A stretch of DNA of 64,000 bases, taken from the NCBI GenBank assembly GCA_023213395.1, contig CM041465.1:154635741-154699740 (forward strand), in the 5' to 3' direction. This document shows, in pieces, positions 1 to 11,899 of the stretch. Below the pieces are notes generated by a model. The model searched no databases. It was not told the DNA's origin and saw only the letters and a list, made by a program, of their open reading frames with translations. The DNA is from Cycas panzhihuaensis (lineage: Eukaryota; Plantae; Cycadophyta). Made by a program: the position numbers and the translations under genes. The first letter of the stretch is position 1; each line of letters starts with the position of its first letter.

Positions 1-94
1 TATTGGTAATATAATGTTCTTAATGTTTAAAATATGGATGGAGAATAATAATCCCAAAAAAGGGGTTATTTATATGCTAGTGAAGCTAGATCCC

Positions 95-457
95 TATAAC
101 TTAACCCTATTTTTCCTAAGCACTAACAAGCAAGAATCGCCAAAGGGTTAAGGATTGATGTTAGTTATTAAGATTTATGCATGAGCCACTAAGCCCTTTA
201 ATAAGATGTAAGGCCTCTAGGGCCACTAATACGATCACAGGAAGAAGACTCCTATATGTCTATTTACAGGGTTAAATATCACTTATAAAGTGTTGTTAAG
301 AATTATTATCTTTTGAAGAGAAAGTACTTTGGAACTCCCTTTAGCATTTAATTTCTTTGTGATCTATTTACATATTTTATTCTCATTAAGGTAAATTTGG
401 CTTTTATTTTTATTGAGTTCTATTTACAAGGTTAATTTTTTAAAAGGAAATACTCCA
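95..457 (+). repeat. 5' LTR of chromovirus element
   Basis: Aligns end-to-end with 9282..9638 (e.g. aaggattgatgttagttattaagattta; gagaaagtactt). Ends in CA, followed by the PBS. Confidence 0.85.
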
Positions 458-459
458 AG

Positions 460-471
460 TGGTATTAGACC
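460..471 (+). other. Primer-binding site (degenerate tRNA-iMet type)
   Basis: tggtattagacc vs canonical tggtatcagagc, 2 nt after the LTR end. Confidence 0.75.
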
Positions 472-1897
472 TAAGTTCATGATTGTGGGAAGCTATTCAA
501 TGGGCAAAAAAATTAAGATTTTTTTTCTACTAATCAAGTACTTTGTCTACTTAAGTAGAGATCTAGAAATACCTGCATTTAGTACTCTCTCTATGAAGAT
601 TAAGGAATAGAATCAATACCACTCAGGAGTCATGAGGAAAAGGAAATTTCTTCCCTTAGGCAATGCCTAACACTTCAATTTTTTCCTATATATTCACTTT
701 TTGTTTAATTTATTTATTTCAATTTCTATTCTAGAGTTGTCAGTCTAAGGGTAGATAACACTACTTGGTGACTACCCTTTCTCCCTCCTACACCTTGTTC
801 CTAGGTAGATGACTCTATATGACAACAATCTAAGTAGTTAGGTAAAGACCCTATATTAAGGGTCTTTAAACATCAAAGGGATCTATTATTTTGGCTAAGT
901 GTATCATGGATTCTCTACCCTTTATGTGAAATATTGGAGATAACACTCCTCAACTAAGCCCTAAATAGAACCTAGCTATAGAATTATGCCTTTATGTAAC
1001 TTCAGGTATAGAGGAAGACCCTTATAGGTTATGGATCCTTCCTAGCATAGGCAACCTACTAGTAAATGAAGTCATGTAGTGCAATGGTTAACATTTAGTG
1101 CCATAAAGCTACCTACCTTGAACTTTAGCATAAAAAGTTTATTAACAAGCCTACAAGACCAAGTACACCTCATCTAATGGTTACTAGTACACCTTGTATT
1201 ACTTACATCCTACTTCATATGCTCCACTTTTTTATTGAGATCTTAAGACACAACATTTAAAAAAAAAGTAAAACAAGGGATTACATCCTAGTCTGCAAGG
1301 AATTTTAATTCCTGAAACACTAGTTGAATTTAGAAACTACTAGTGAAGTTAAACTTATAGTATAAAAAGAAATATTTACAATTAAAAATTTTCATTAGAA
1401 TTAATACACCTCATTTCAATTAGCATGTTGCACTAGTCATTTTGTACTAGGTTAGTTTTTGCAGATAATTTTTATGTTTATTAGTATCTAGGTTACCAAT
1501 GGGCCCTACCACCTCAAACTCACCCTTATATCTTTTGTACCCCATTTTGATAAGATTTTCACACTCATCCAAGTAGGCTAGGTGTCCTGTTTTTATAGTT
1601 TTTAGGGTCAACAGGCTGTAGACACCCCATATCTCCCTCTTTTCCCCCTTCTCTTCATTGTAATAACTCCTTAGTTCTTCAATCTTGTTCTTTCTTAATC
1701 TATCTCACTTCATCCATTTCCCTTCCTTTTACTCACTCCCACTTCTTTAAGCCCCTTCTATAGTTCTAGTGGAAAAAACATAAGGAGAGAAAATTGTTGA
1801 ATTGAACAACAACTTAAACAACTTTAAATAAGAGGTCACTAATAGATTTAATAGCATCCTTATATAATTAGATCTTAATGGTACCAAAATAAAGCTT

Positions 1898-1899
<2 letters not shown>

Positions 1900-1938
<39 letters not shown>
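1900..1938. repeat. (TA)n microsatellite
   Basis: About 19 perfect TA units in the gag region of the Gypsy element. Confidence 0.95.
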
Positions 1939-1940
<2 letters not shown>

Positions 1941-3424
1941 AGTAGCTACAACAACCTTAACTCTAAAGAATAGGGACTTCTAATATGATGGGTAATACAA
2001 CACCCCATCCCCTTTCAAGAAATTAATACACCTCCAAGAGGTTACTCACCAAGGTAGCCTATTTTTCACCACAAAATCAATATTCCTACCTTTGATCTAG
2101 ATGTGAATAGAGAATGCACTCAAAGTTTGATCAAGAAGTTGGAATCATACTTCATACTCCACCTGATATTAGAGAAAGATCAACTCTTGTACACCTCCAT
2201 CCACCTATATAGATGAGCCCACCATTGGTTTAATTGGTAAAAATGAGAATATCTGTGCCACCTAATATGGTCCCACTACATAAGCTATTTTTTTGAATAA
2301 TACAAAGACATATGGAGTTAATCCTTTTTCACTCAACTTATACAACTTAAGTAGACTATAATAGCGAAGGCCTTCACTGAAGAATTCTAAGCTTTGTATA
2401 ATGTCTTAGCATAAAGCCAAAACTTGGACAAATAAATAATAATCAACATTTATATAATTAGGCTCCAAGACCATATTCAAATAAAACTAAAGATAATGGC
2501 AATTGGCTCCTTCAAGGAAGCCTTCAAGTGGGCCTGAGTAGTAGAGACCAAATTTATAGTTGATAACCTTTCAACTACTTTAACAAATAACCTTAGTTCT
2601 CACACATTTAATAATTGGACTTTCAACAATTATAGCTCTGATTTGATGATGTTATCCATCCTCAATCTAACTTTACATGTCTTAGACCATGATAGAATGA
2701 TCCCACTTACTTAACTACTAACTGATAGAATGATGACCCATCTACCAAATAAGTCTAAATTTCCTAAGTTGCAACACAACATCAACTAGAGCTTGGTCTC
2801 TATATATAGTGTGTACAAAAGTGGACTTTTGGACATGGTTGCTTTTGTAAGGCACAACACATGGGTTTTCCCAATGACCCATTCCTATCTCTTAATGAAT
2901 CCTTTGATTTTGACTCTAACCATGAGACTAAAGATGAAACCTATGAAGATCCCACATTGGACCCTCACCCTAAAGTATTCTTATTCAATATTACCACCAC
3001 TTCTTACCCTAAACCCCTATATATTAAATCCATTTTTTGCAAGACTCCAATATTAATCCTAATTAATAATGGCATATCACTTAATTTTCTTGAAATCTTT
3101 ATTGCTTGTTAACTTAACCTATATGTACTACCGAAAATTAGCTTCATATGTTTACTACTAGGGCACCATAAGCTCTATTACACTAGTGTTATTAAAAACC
3201 TCTAAGTCCAAATTGACACCTACCTTTTGATGTCATATTTCTATGAATTATCGATAGGAGGCTATAATGTTATCTTAGAGATTCAGTGGCTATAAGCCTT
3301 AGGGACTTATAGTATAAGTAACTTGGCTAAAATCCCATTCATTATATTTAAAGACCAAATAAGTCATAATCATAAAATTTATGAGATGTAGTCCTCTCCT
3401 AACCAAGTGGTCTCACCAAGATAT

Positions 3425-3923
3425 TGTTAGATATGTTGAACACTTTGCAAGTATTACATGGGTATAGCCATTACACCTGAGCCCCTTTATAGGATCTGAG
3501 GGCCTATTGTAGGCCCCCACTTAGGGGGTCTAGGGAGCCAACGGCCCCCTAGGCAGGGATTCAGGGGCGAGAACCCCCGAGAAAATTTTTTGGATGTCTT
3601 ATGAGGATCTTTTTTCAACCTATGGTTTATGCCCATTGTATTATAAAACCATAAGGTGGTATCTTGTATTATTGTGTCTATATACACTTATGTAACGATA
3701 CATGTAATATGATTATATGATCATGGATTAGTCGAGGAAAACAGTTGGGATTTATTCATCTCTATAATTCTTTAACTGTTGCTTAGATTAATAAAAAGGT
3801 CTCTGCTTAGACCTGAATCTTCGAGTGTTCTTTGTTGAGTGCTTAGTTTATTTATGTTATTTGTTCTTTGCATGGTTTAGTGTTTTGTTATCATATTACT
3901 TATATAGTTATAATTTCTCTTCA
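3425..3923 (+). mobile_element. Solo LTR inserted between Gypsy protease and RT
   Basis: TG...CA termini (tgttag...cttca). Flanks gatat (3420-3424) / gacac (3924-3928) differ by C>T only. Removing it restores the reading NQVVSPRHMKHHL. Orientation inferred from similarity of layout to the 5533 LTR. Confidence 0.7.
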
Positions 3924-5532
3924 GACACATGAAACACCATCTTCAATCTTTCTTAGGATATATTTTACCGTAATAATCTTTAAATCAAACCATAAATCTG
4001 TTGATATATTCAAGATGTTATTACCCGATACGAGTAGATGTTTGCCCCTCTACTTTCCATTACCCTATCTTATCATGGTTTCTATCATATAATTAACCTC
4101 TAATCCAATCATGACCGTCTTAATTTGAGGCCCTACTATAACTCATACTTTCAAAAGAATGAAATTAAGAAACTCATAACCAAACTCATGGACATGGGTG
4201 TAATCTAACTAAGTAAAAGCCCTTATGTGGATCAAATCATATTGGTTAGGAAGAAGGATGATTCCTTCTACCTCTACATCAATTATATGGAACTAAATAA
4301 AATTACTATAAAAAAAAAGTTGCCCACCCTATGTATAGGCAACATGTTGGATGAACTCCATGAAACATCCAATTTTTCTAAGTTAGACATTTAGTCTAGT
4401 TACTACTAGATCCCATTTACCCTTGAAGATTACTATAAGATTGTATTCTAGATACGTTATGGCCATTTTAAATTTTATGTAATGCCTTTCAGTCTTTTTA
4501 ATGCCCTAATAACTTTTTAGACTCTCATGAATAAATTTTTTTGCCGCTATCTTTGAAAATTTATCATAGTCTTCTATGATAATATCCTCATTTATAGTGC
4601 TTATCTTGACCACTACATCTAAAACATAAAACTTATTCTTTAAACATTATAAAACCACCAAGTATATATGAGATTATTTAAGTGTGAATTTAAGTCATTC
4701 AAACTCCAATACTGAGGTATATCATATCATCAAAAGGGGTACATGTGGACCCTGATAAAATATCTATCATCATGACTTTGCCAACACCAACCACCCTTAT
4801 CTAACTATATGTATTCCTTGACCTCATAGGTTTCTATTATTATTTTATATGTAACTATACCTCCCTTACTTCCCCCTTAACCAATATTATCTAAAAAGAT
4901 GTCTTCTGATGGTCCCCATAAGCTTATGCTATTTTTTTTAATCTTAAGATCATAATGACCTTTACCCTAGTCCTCATCACTCTTAATTTTAACTAGTCTT
5001 TCCAACTTGAATATGATGCCTCTAGATTTAGCTTCGATGTAGTCCTAATGCAAGACACTTATCCCATTGTATTTGAGAGCCAAAAATTGAAAGATCATGA
5101 GATTTGTCTCTCTACATACTAGAAGGATATGAAATATATTCTTTAGGCTATTAAAAAATAAAACCAATACCACTTAGGCTCTAAATTTACTATTCTCACA
5201 AACCTTTGTAGCCTCCATAATCTATTAGATCAACCAATTTTATTTAAAGAATAGGTTAAGTGGGTTAACTATCTACAGGTCTTTAACTTTATAATATTAC
5301 ATAAAAAGGGCAAAGATAATATGGTTGCAGATGCCCTTTCACATTTACACCATGATGATAGTACTCCTAACCCTAGTCTCCATGTTGTTGCTAAGCCCCA
5401 ACCCCTTTAGCTCAATGAAATATAGATTGAAAGCCAAGCCCATCTTGACTACTCTAACTAGAGTAAAAGAATTTTTACCCATAGAGGTTGGTTAACCTTT
5501 AACAACCATCTACTCTTTTAAAATCATATCTT

Positions 5533-6180
5533 TGTTAGGTAATGTGACAACAATGGTTAGGAGGCTAAAATTTTGACACATTGGCAGCGTGGTTTCCCTC
5601 CCAAACCTTCCTCAGGGGGTTCCAAGGGGGGCGGGAGCCCCCCTTAGCCAGGGGGACGCGAGGGGTATGGAACGCCCCCCATAAAGAGGGGGTTCGAGGG
5701 CGATAGCCCCCGACTTGAAAATTTAGCACTAAAAGTATATTAAATTGTAAAGAGAATCATGGTCATTTGCTAAAACATACCATATATTTTATGGTCGAGA
5801 TTTGTGCCTTGGATGACCCTCTCATATAGCCTAATTTAGGGCATTTTTCATTTATGTTGATGGTGTTCAATGTACTGTGAGTGGAGGTAGCTGGTTGTTG
5901 TTGCTATGAGTACTCTACTATAGGATTATGTATATTTTCTCCATTCTACAATAGTAAAGATTGATACCTTTCCTGTGTGGATGTTTCCCTAGCATACTTC
6001 CAGGGTTTTACCATGTTATATCAAGTGTATTTATGATTTTTGGCTTTCTTGTTTATTTTATAGTTTTATCTCTAGTTTAAGAACTTGTATGTAATTTTTA
6101 GTTTTAATTTATGTAACTAGTTGCAAGAATAATTTAGATCTTGGTAGTGGTTCAAGGGTTGGGACCTTGTCTTCTCAACA
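5533..6180 (+). repeat. 5' LTR of deleted Copia
   Basis: 648 bp, closely similar to 7334..7979. Confidence 0.95.
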
Positions 6181-6261
6181 AGTGTTATTAGAGCCACTTT
6201 TATTTTTGCAGTTAGTTTGTGAAGGTTTTGGTGTCAGCTTTTTCTAGACCAAACATCGAAA

Positions 6262-7287
6262 CTAGCAAGTGCAAAGTTTGAGGTGGAGAAATTCAATGGC
6301 TTATTCATTATCTTGGTATTGTATGTTGATGACATACTAGTTGCAAGCAAGAGCATAGAAGAAATCAATAAGTTAAAGGCTCAATTGGCTAGGACTTTTG
6401 ATATGAAGGATTTAGGCACTGTAAACAAAATCTTAGGTATGGAGACACATAGAGATAGGAAAAATAGTAAGCTATGATTCTAACAGCAGAAATATGTAGA
6501 GAAGGTATTAACCAGGTTTGGTATGGAAATGTGAAACCAGTGAGTATCCTATTAGTTTCCCATTTCAAGCTTTCTTCGAGTATGAGTCCTAGTAATGAAG
6601 AAGAAAATGATTATATGTCTCGTGTGCCTCATGCCAGTGCAGTAAGAAGTTTGATGTATGCCATGGTATATACAAGACCTGACATTTCACATACAGTCAG
6701 TGTAGTTAGTAGGTTTATGGCAAATCCAGGAAAGGAATATTGGGCAACAATGAAATGGGTACTTCAGTATTTGAGAGGCACAAGTGACTATCGCATCACC
6801 TTTGGAGGTACAGGTAATCAAGTTTGTGGATATGTTGATTTAGACTTTACATAAGATTTAGATAAGAGAAGGTTTACTTTAGATAATATATTCACTCTTA
6901 CAAATGGTCCAGTTAGTTGGATGTCAAAATTGTAAAGCATAATTACATTATCAATTATAGAAGCTGAATATATTGCTAGAGCACATGCTTTCAAAGAAGT
7001 AATCTAGTTACAAGGTCTATTGGTTGAGCTTGGAAGGAAACAAAAAAAGGTCAAGGTATTTTGTGACAGTCAAAGTGCCATTTACCTAGCTAAGAATCCA
7101 ACTTATCATAGTAAGACAAAGCATATTGCTCTTAAGTACCATTTTGTTATACAGGTTGTGGAAGTAGGTAGAGTGGCACTTGAGAAGGTTAATACAAACA
7201 TAATTGTACTAATATGTTTACAAAACTAGTACTATTAGAAAAGTTCAAATGGTGTTTGACTTATCTTGGCTTGCAAAAAAGGTTATG
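6262..7287 (+). pseudogene. Copia gag N-terminus fused to RT/RNase H
   Basis: ORF fragments 6283..6477 (EKFNG-LFIILVLYVDDILVA), 6474..6854 (SLMYAMVYTRPDI) and 7020..7229 (CDSQSAIYLAKNP). Confidence 0.9.
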
Positions 7288-7333
7288 AAGGGTCCAGGAA
7301 AGGTATTAGGTAAATTATTATCAAGGTGGAGAT

Positions 7334-7979
7334 TGTTGGGTAATGTGACAACAATGGTTATAAGGCTAAAATTTTGATACGTTGGAAGTGCAGTTCCCCC
7401 CCAGAACCTTCCTTGGGGGGTTTCAAGGGGGGAAGGAGCCCCCCTTGACTAAGGGGATGTGGGTGCATGGAACACCCCCTACAAAGAGGGGGTTTGGGGG
7501 CGATAGCTCCTAACCCAAAAATTTAGCACTAAAAGTATATTAAATTATAAAAAAATCAGGGTTGTTTGCTAAAAATTATCTTGGATTCTATAGTTGAGAT
7601 TTGTGCCTTGGATGACCCTCTGATGTAGCCTGGTTTAGGGCATTTTTCATTTACATTGATGGTGTTCAATGTACTGTGAGTGGGGGCGGCTGGTTGTTAT
7701 TGCTGTGAGCACTCTGCTATAAGATTATGTACATTTTCTCCATTCTACAATAGTACAAATCGATACCTTTCCTATGTAGATGTTTCCCTAGCACACTGCT
7801 TTAGTTTTACCATGTTATATCAGGTGTATTTGTGATGCTTGGCTTTTTTGTTCATTTTATAATTTTATCTTTAGTTTAAAAACTTGCATGTAATTTTTAG
7901 TTTTGATTTTTATAACTAGTTGCAAGAATAGTTTAGATCTTAGTGGCAGTTCAAGGGTTGGGACCTTGTCTTCTCAACA
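7334..7979 (+). repeat. 3' LTR of deleted Copia
   Basis: 646 bp, preceded by the PPT and followed by the TSD. Confidence 0.95.
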
Positions 7980-9281
7980 ATCTTCATATGCCCATCCTCC
8001 TTATTCATCCCTAGAATCCTTAGAATATCACTTTTCTCCCCTCAGTGGCCAATTAGGTTTTGATAAAACTTATTGATACATTTGTACTTATTTATTTTTG
8101 CACCATATGAAGACTACTATATTCACCTTCGTATTAGAGTATGACATGTGTCAACAAAATAAAGTCAATACTGAACTCCATTTTAGATTTCTCCAACTAT
8201 TAAATATTCCACAAAGTAAGTGGTAGGATATTGTTATGGACTTCATAATAGGCTTACCTCCATCTATTGGGTTTGATTTTATTTTGGTGGTCATTGATCA
8301 ATTAACCAAGTATTCATACTTCCTCCTAGTTTACACCTCATATACATCCTCTTGCCTTGCTAATTTATATGTTTGATTTATATTTTACCTTTATGACTTT
8401 CCCTCAACTATCATTTGTGATCAATACCCCCAAGTTTACTAGCCCTGTTTTACAAGAACTCTTTAGGGCTATTAGAGCCTTATTTAATATGAGTTATGTT
8501 TACCACCCATAAACTGATGGTTAATCCAAGGTCCTAAATAAAATCTTAAGAAACCTATTTATGTTATTTTGCATTAGAAAACTAAGCCCAGTGGACTTCT
8601 TGGATTTCTATAACAAAATATTAGTATAACTTATCTCACTATTCAACCATCTATATATCCCCCATTTTGGTCCTCTATAGCTACCACCCCCCTTCCCACC
8701 ATACCTTGGAAGTAAACTTTTGAACAATCCTAATACAATAAAAGCTTTAAGAGATGGACTAAATCCTCCATACCTTTTAACAAAATCTAGTCTCTGTATG
8801 AAATTGTATGAAGCAACTTGTTGATCGCTACTAGTTTGATTAATCCTTTAACATTAGAGATTTGGTATTCCTTTACTTCCAACCTTATAAGAAACATTCT
8901 CCTAAGTCTCATCAAGTTCATAAACTCAATCCATAATATTATGATCATTATAAAGTCCTCTACAAAATCTATGAAGTTGCTTACACCCTTGAACTCCCCC
9001 TAAATATCAATATCCATAATGTTTTCCATGTCTCCTACCTAAAGAAATACCTCAAAGTGAAAGTTATATCCCATTCTCACCAATGAGTAAACCCTCATAA
9101 TTCCACCTAATAAAATCCTCATAAGTTGCCAACATCACCTTCAAAATTATACTATTTCTAAGAATTTGGTAGAATAGGTCAGTTGTGATGTAGATGAAGC
9201 AACTTGGAAATTTGATGAGTTTATCTAGTAATATCCTTATCTCTAATGCCATGAGGACTTAATGTCTTAAAGGGGGAGACC

Positions 9282-9638
9282 TGTGATGTAACCCCACCTT
9301 TCCTAAGTACTAGCAAGTGGGAACCACCAAAGGGCTAAGGATTGATGTTAGTTATTAAGATTTATATGAACTGTTAAGCCCTCCAATAAGATGTAAGGCT
9401 ACTAGAGCCATCAAGAGGATCACGAAAAGAAGACCCTTGCATATCTATTTAAAAGGTTAAATATCACTTGTAAAGGGTTACTAAGGATTGTTATCTTTTA
9501 AAGAGAAAGTACTTCGGTAATCCCTTTGATGTTCAATTTATTTATGATCTATTTGCATATTTTATTCAACGTGATATTTGGCTTTCATTTCTGTTGAGCT
9601 ATATTTGCAAGGCTAATTTTCTAAGAGGAAATGCTCTA
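9282..9638 (+). repeat. 3' LTR of chromovirus element
   Basis: Starts tgtgatgtaacc right after the PPT. Aligns with 95..457. Confidence 0.85.
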
Positions 9639-9643
9639 ATCCT

Positions 9644-11899
9644 GATTAATAAAATAACCCTTCATAAAAAAAAATATTTGTTGTTAAGAAAAAGATGGGG
9701 TTGATATGCTAGGGATGTCATATCCTAGTCAATTAAATAGATCCTAGTTTAAAGAAATGGGGCCTAGCTTAAGAGACCAAAGAGGAAGTACTTTTAAATG
9801 CAAAACTAGTATGTTGCTTTAATGTTATATGAAAGTAGGCAAACTTGCAAACAATCACCCAAAAAAATGCTATCTTGTTCTAATGCAATACAAATATACT
9901 CTTCTCTTTTTCTTAGAAACACACTTAAAGAAAGAAAAGAGTTATTTTAATACACTTCTATCTATTTTAGTTATTCTTTCTTTTGTCCCTAAGAAGAAGA
10001 TAATTGAGTCAACCAAAAACCTAATTTTAAGTAAAGAAGGACCTCAAAATACCTATTTATTTATTATTTTCTTTCTATTTAAGATTTAAAAAAGTAATAA
10101 GTGAGAAAGATAGGATTAAACTGATAATGAAAGATAATAACATCCTTTAGATGGTTACTTGACTTATCATTTAAGATTCCAGTGAAGATAAAGTAAGAAG
10201 TATTCTAACTACCATAAAGGTTAGAAGTCTAATAAAAGAAAAACTCCTTACAAGTATCCTTAAGTCAAAAGCCTACCAAAGAACACTTTTGACAAAGGAA
10301 AACTAATAAAATAAAAGAAGATAAATAGAGAAATTTATAAGAAGGAAAATTAAGAAGAACCTACTCTAACTTCTTCTTTTATTCTCTTCTTTGAAAGTGT
10401 CTAATAAAATAAACTTTGTAAGACAAATTAATTTACTTAATAGAAAATTACCCATTCAAAGAAAAGATAAAGTGTTACATCAAATCAGTGTCCTTTGCTT
10501 CTCCAAAATACTCCCAAGTTGAGCTTTTAAACTAGTTGAAGATAAAAAAGGAGCAAAAGAAAAAGTTGTAGAAGATGAGGCTCATAATAAGGAAAATAAA
10601 GAGTGAGAAGAAGGAGAAATTTGAGAATAAAGAGAGATAATGAAGAAGTGTATCCAACTTTGAAACTCTAAGAACTTTCGAAGAAAAACTCCCCTTAGCT
10701 CTAGAATTCTTCAAACAATCTTTGATAAAAGAGAGGTCCACACTACATCAAAATTCTTCTTCTTCCTATTCAAAACCTAGCCTAACTTCACTTCATCTTC
10801 ACTTATCTTTTCGTGATTCAAAGCTTTCCTTAATTCTAAGTCCTTATAGACCCTTTTCATTCTTTCCTGTAGACTCTTTCTATTCTACTTAACATGAGAG
10901 AATGGAACTTTATTTATAGAGGGATATCTTGAAAAAGTCAACGGCAAAATCAATGTGATAGGTGAGCTATGGTCACCCATGATCTGGAATCCATATGATG
11001 AAAACTACAACTTACCATGGATGTATTCTTTTATGGTTGAAAAAGTAGAAAATGTGACTAATGACAAAAAATGTGACCAGTAGTGAAAAACATAACAAAT
11101 AAATGAAAAACATAATAAAAAATACACTAAAAATATGACCAAAATAAAGCTCATCTTTTTAGTTATATGGTCATATTTTATGAGAAAGGTCACATTTTGG
11201 GGCAGAAATGAAAAACACAATATTTTATTGAAAAATATGATCAACAAAAATAGGCACAAAAAGGATATTTTTTAAAAGAATTTTAGAATTTTTAAAGTGA
11301 AAGTTTGTCATAAAATGATGATTTACTTCAACAAAGGATTGGTCGAGTCATAAAATCAAGTATTGGATAGAAAAATGACTCATGAAATTGTCAACAAAGT
11401 AAATAAGAAAGAACGATTGGGAGCATTTGGATTGAGCCCTAAATTAATAAATACTTTTGTGATCTTTGAATCATCAACAACATAAGTCAAGTGCATGTAC
11501 AATCAGTATGAATTGATTCAATCATAATGCCAAGCAGTCACTACTTTACCATGCAGTTAAACAATCAAATCCTAGTAATAAACAAGAAGGTATTAATCCT
11601 AGCTGATGTCGAAAGGAGGGCATAATTGATTGAAACATAAGGAGAAGGCCCTATTTTATCTACTTAAGGGCCATAAATTATAAAAGAAGAATGTTATATA
11701 ATTATTTTCTCTTAAGGGATTGGTACTCCAATACTCTTTAAGTTAAGTTTAGTGTACATTTGTGCTATTTAGTATTCTTTAATTTGGTGTTTAGTTTCTT
11801 TTAGTAATTAAAATGCTATATTTTCCACTTATTTTCTTCACTTTATTTATTCTGTGTGAGCAAAGGGGGATAGTTGTATCCCATAATTAGGTCATTTTG
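9644..11899 (+). mobile_element. Probable 3' internal region of an older Gypsy (Tat/Ogre-like) element, ending in a PPT and a truncated LTR start
   Basis: PPT-like caaagggggatagt (11861-11874) followed by tgtatccc at 11875. Decayed minus-strand coding-like stretch ~9900-10860 with a minus-strand TATA (tctataaata) near 10911-10920. Family assignment is inference. Confidence 0.4.

Larger units (their letters stand above)
5533..7979 (+). mobile_element. Internally deleted (non-autonomous) Ty1/Copia element, Tnt1/Tork-like
   Basis: LTRs 5533..6180 and 7334..7979 (TG..CA). Perfect TSD atctt (5528-5532 / 7980-7984). PBS tgttattagagc (6183-6194). PPT aaggtggagat (7323-7333). The interior holds only the gag N-terminus fused to the RT C-half (LYVDD) and RNase H. 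Confidence 0.95.
1780..9255 (+). pseudogene. Decayed Gypsy gag-pol polyprotein (interrupted at 3425..3923 and 5533..7979)
   Basis: Recognisable protease (ILINNGISLNFL ~3050), RT, RNase H, integrase and chromodomain motifs with many stops and frameshifts. Start coordinate approximate. Confidence 0.8.
95..9638 (+). mobile_element. Full-length degenerate Ty3/Gypsy chromovirus LTR retrotransposon (contains two nested insertions)
   Basis: Diverged direct repeats at 95..457 and 9282..9638. TSD atccc (90-94) / atcct (9639-9643). PBS tggtattagacc (460-471). PPT aaagggggaga (~9269-9279). Internal order gag-PR-RT (VFYDNILIYS ~4569)-RNaseH (FQLEYDAS ~5000)-integrase (DIVMDFIIGLP ~8227)-chromodomain (DEATWK ~9193). 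Confidence 0.9.

Noticed and set aside
480-1300. Possible Ogre-like LTR end + PBS (gggtagataaca..tggtgact ~750-773) or LINE tail (~1230-1290) inside the chromovirus leader
   Set aside because: No TSD or partner repeat could be found, so it is too weak to delimit.
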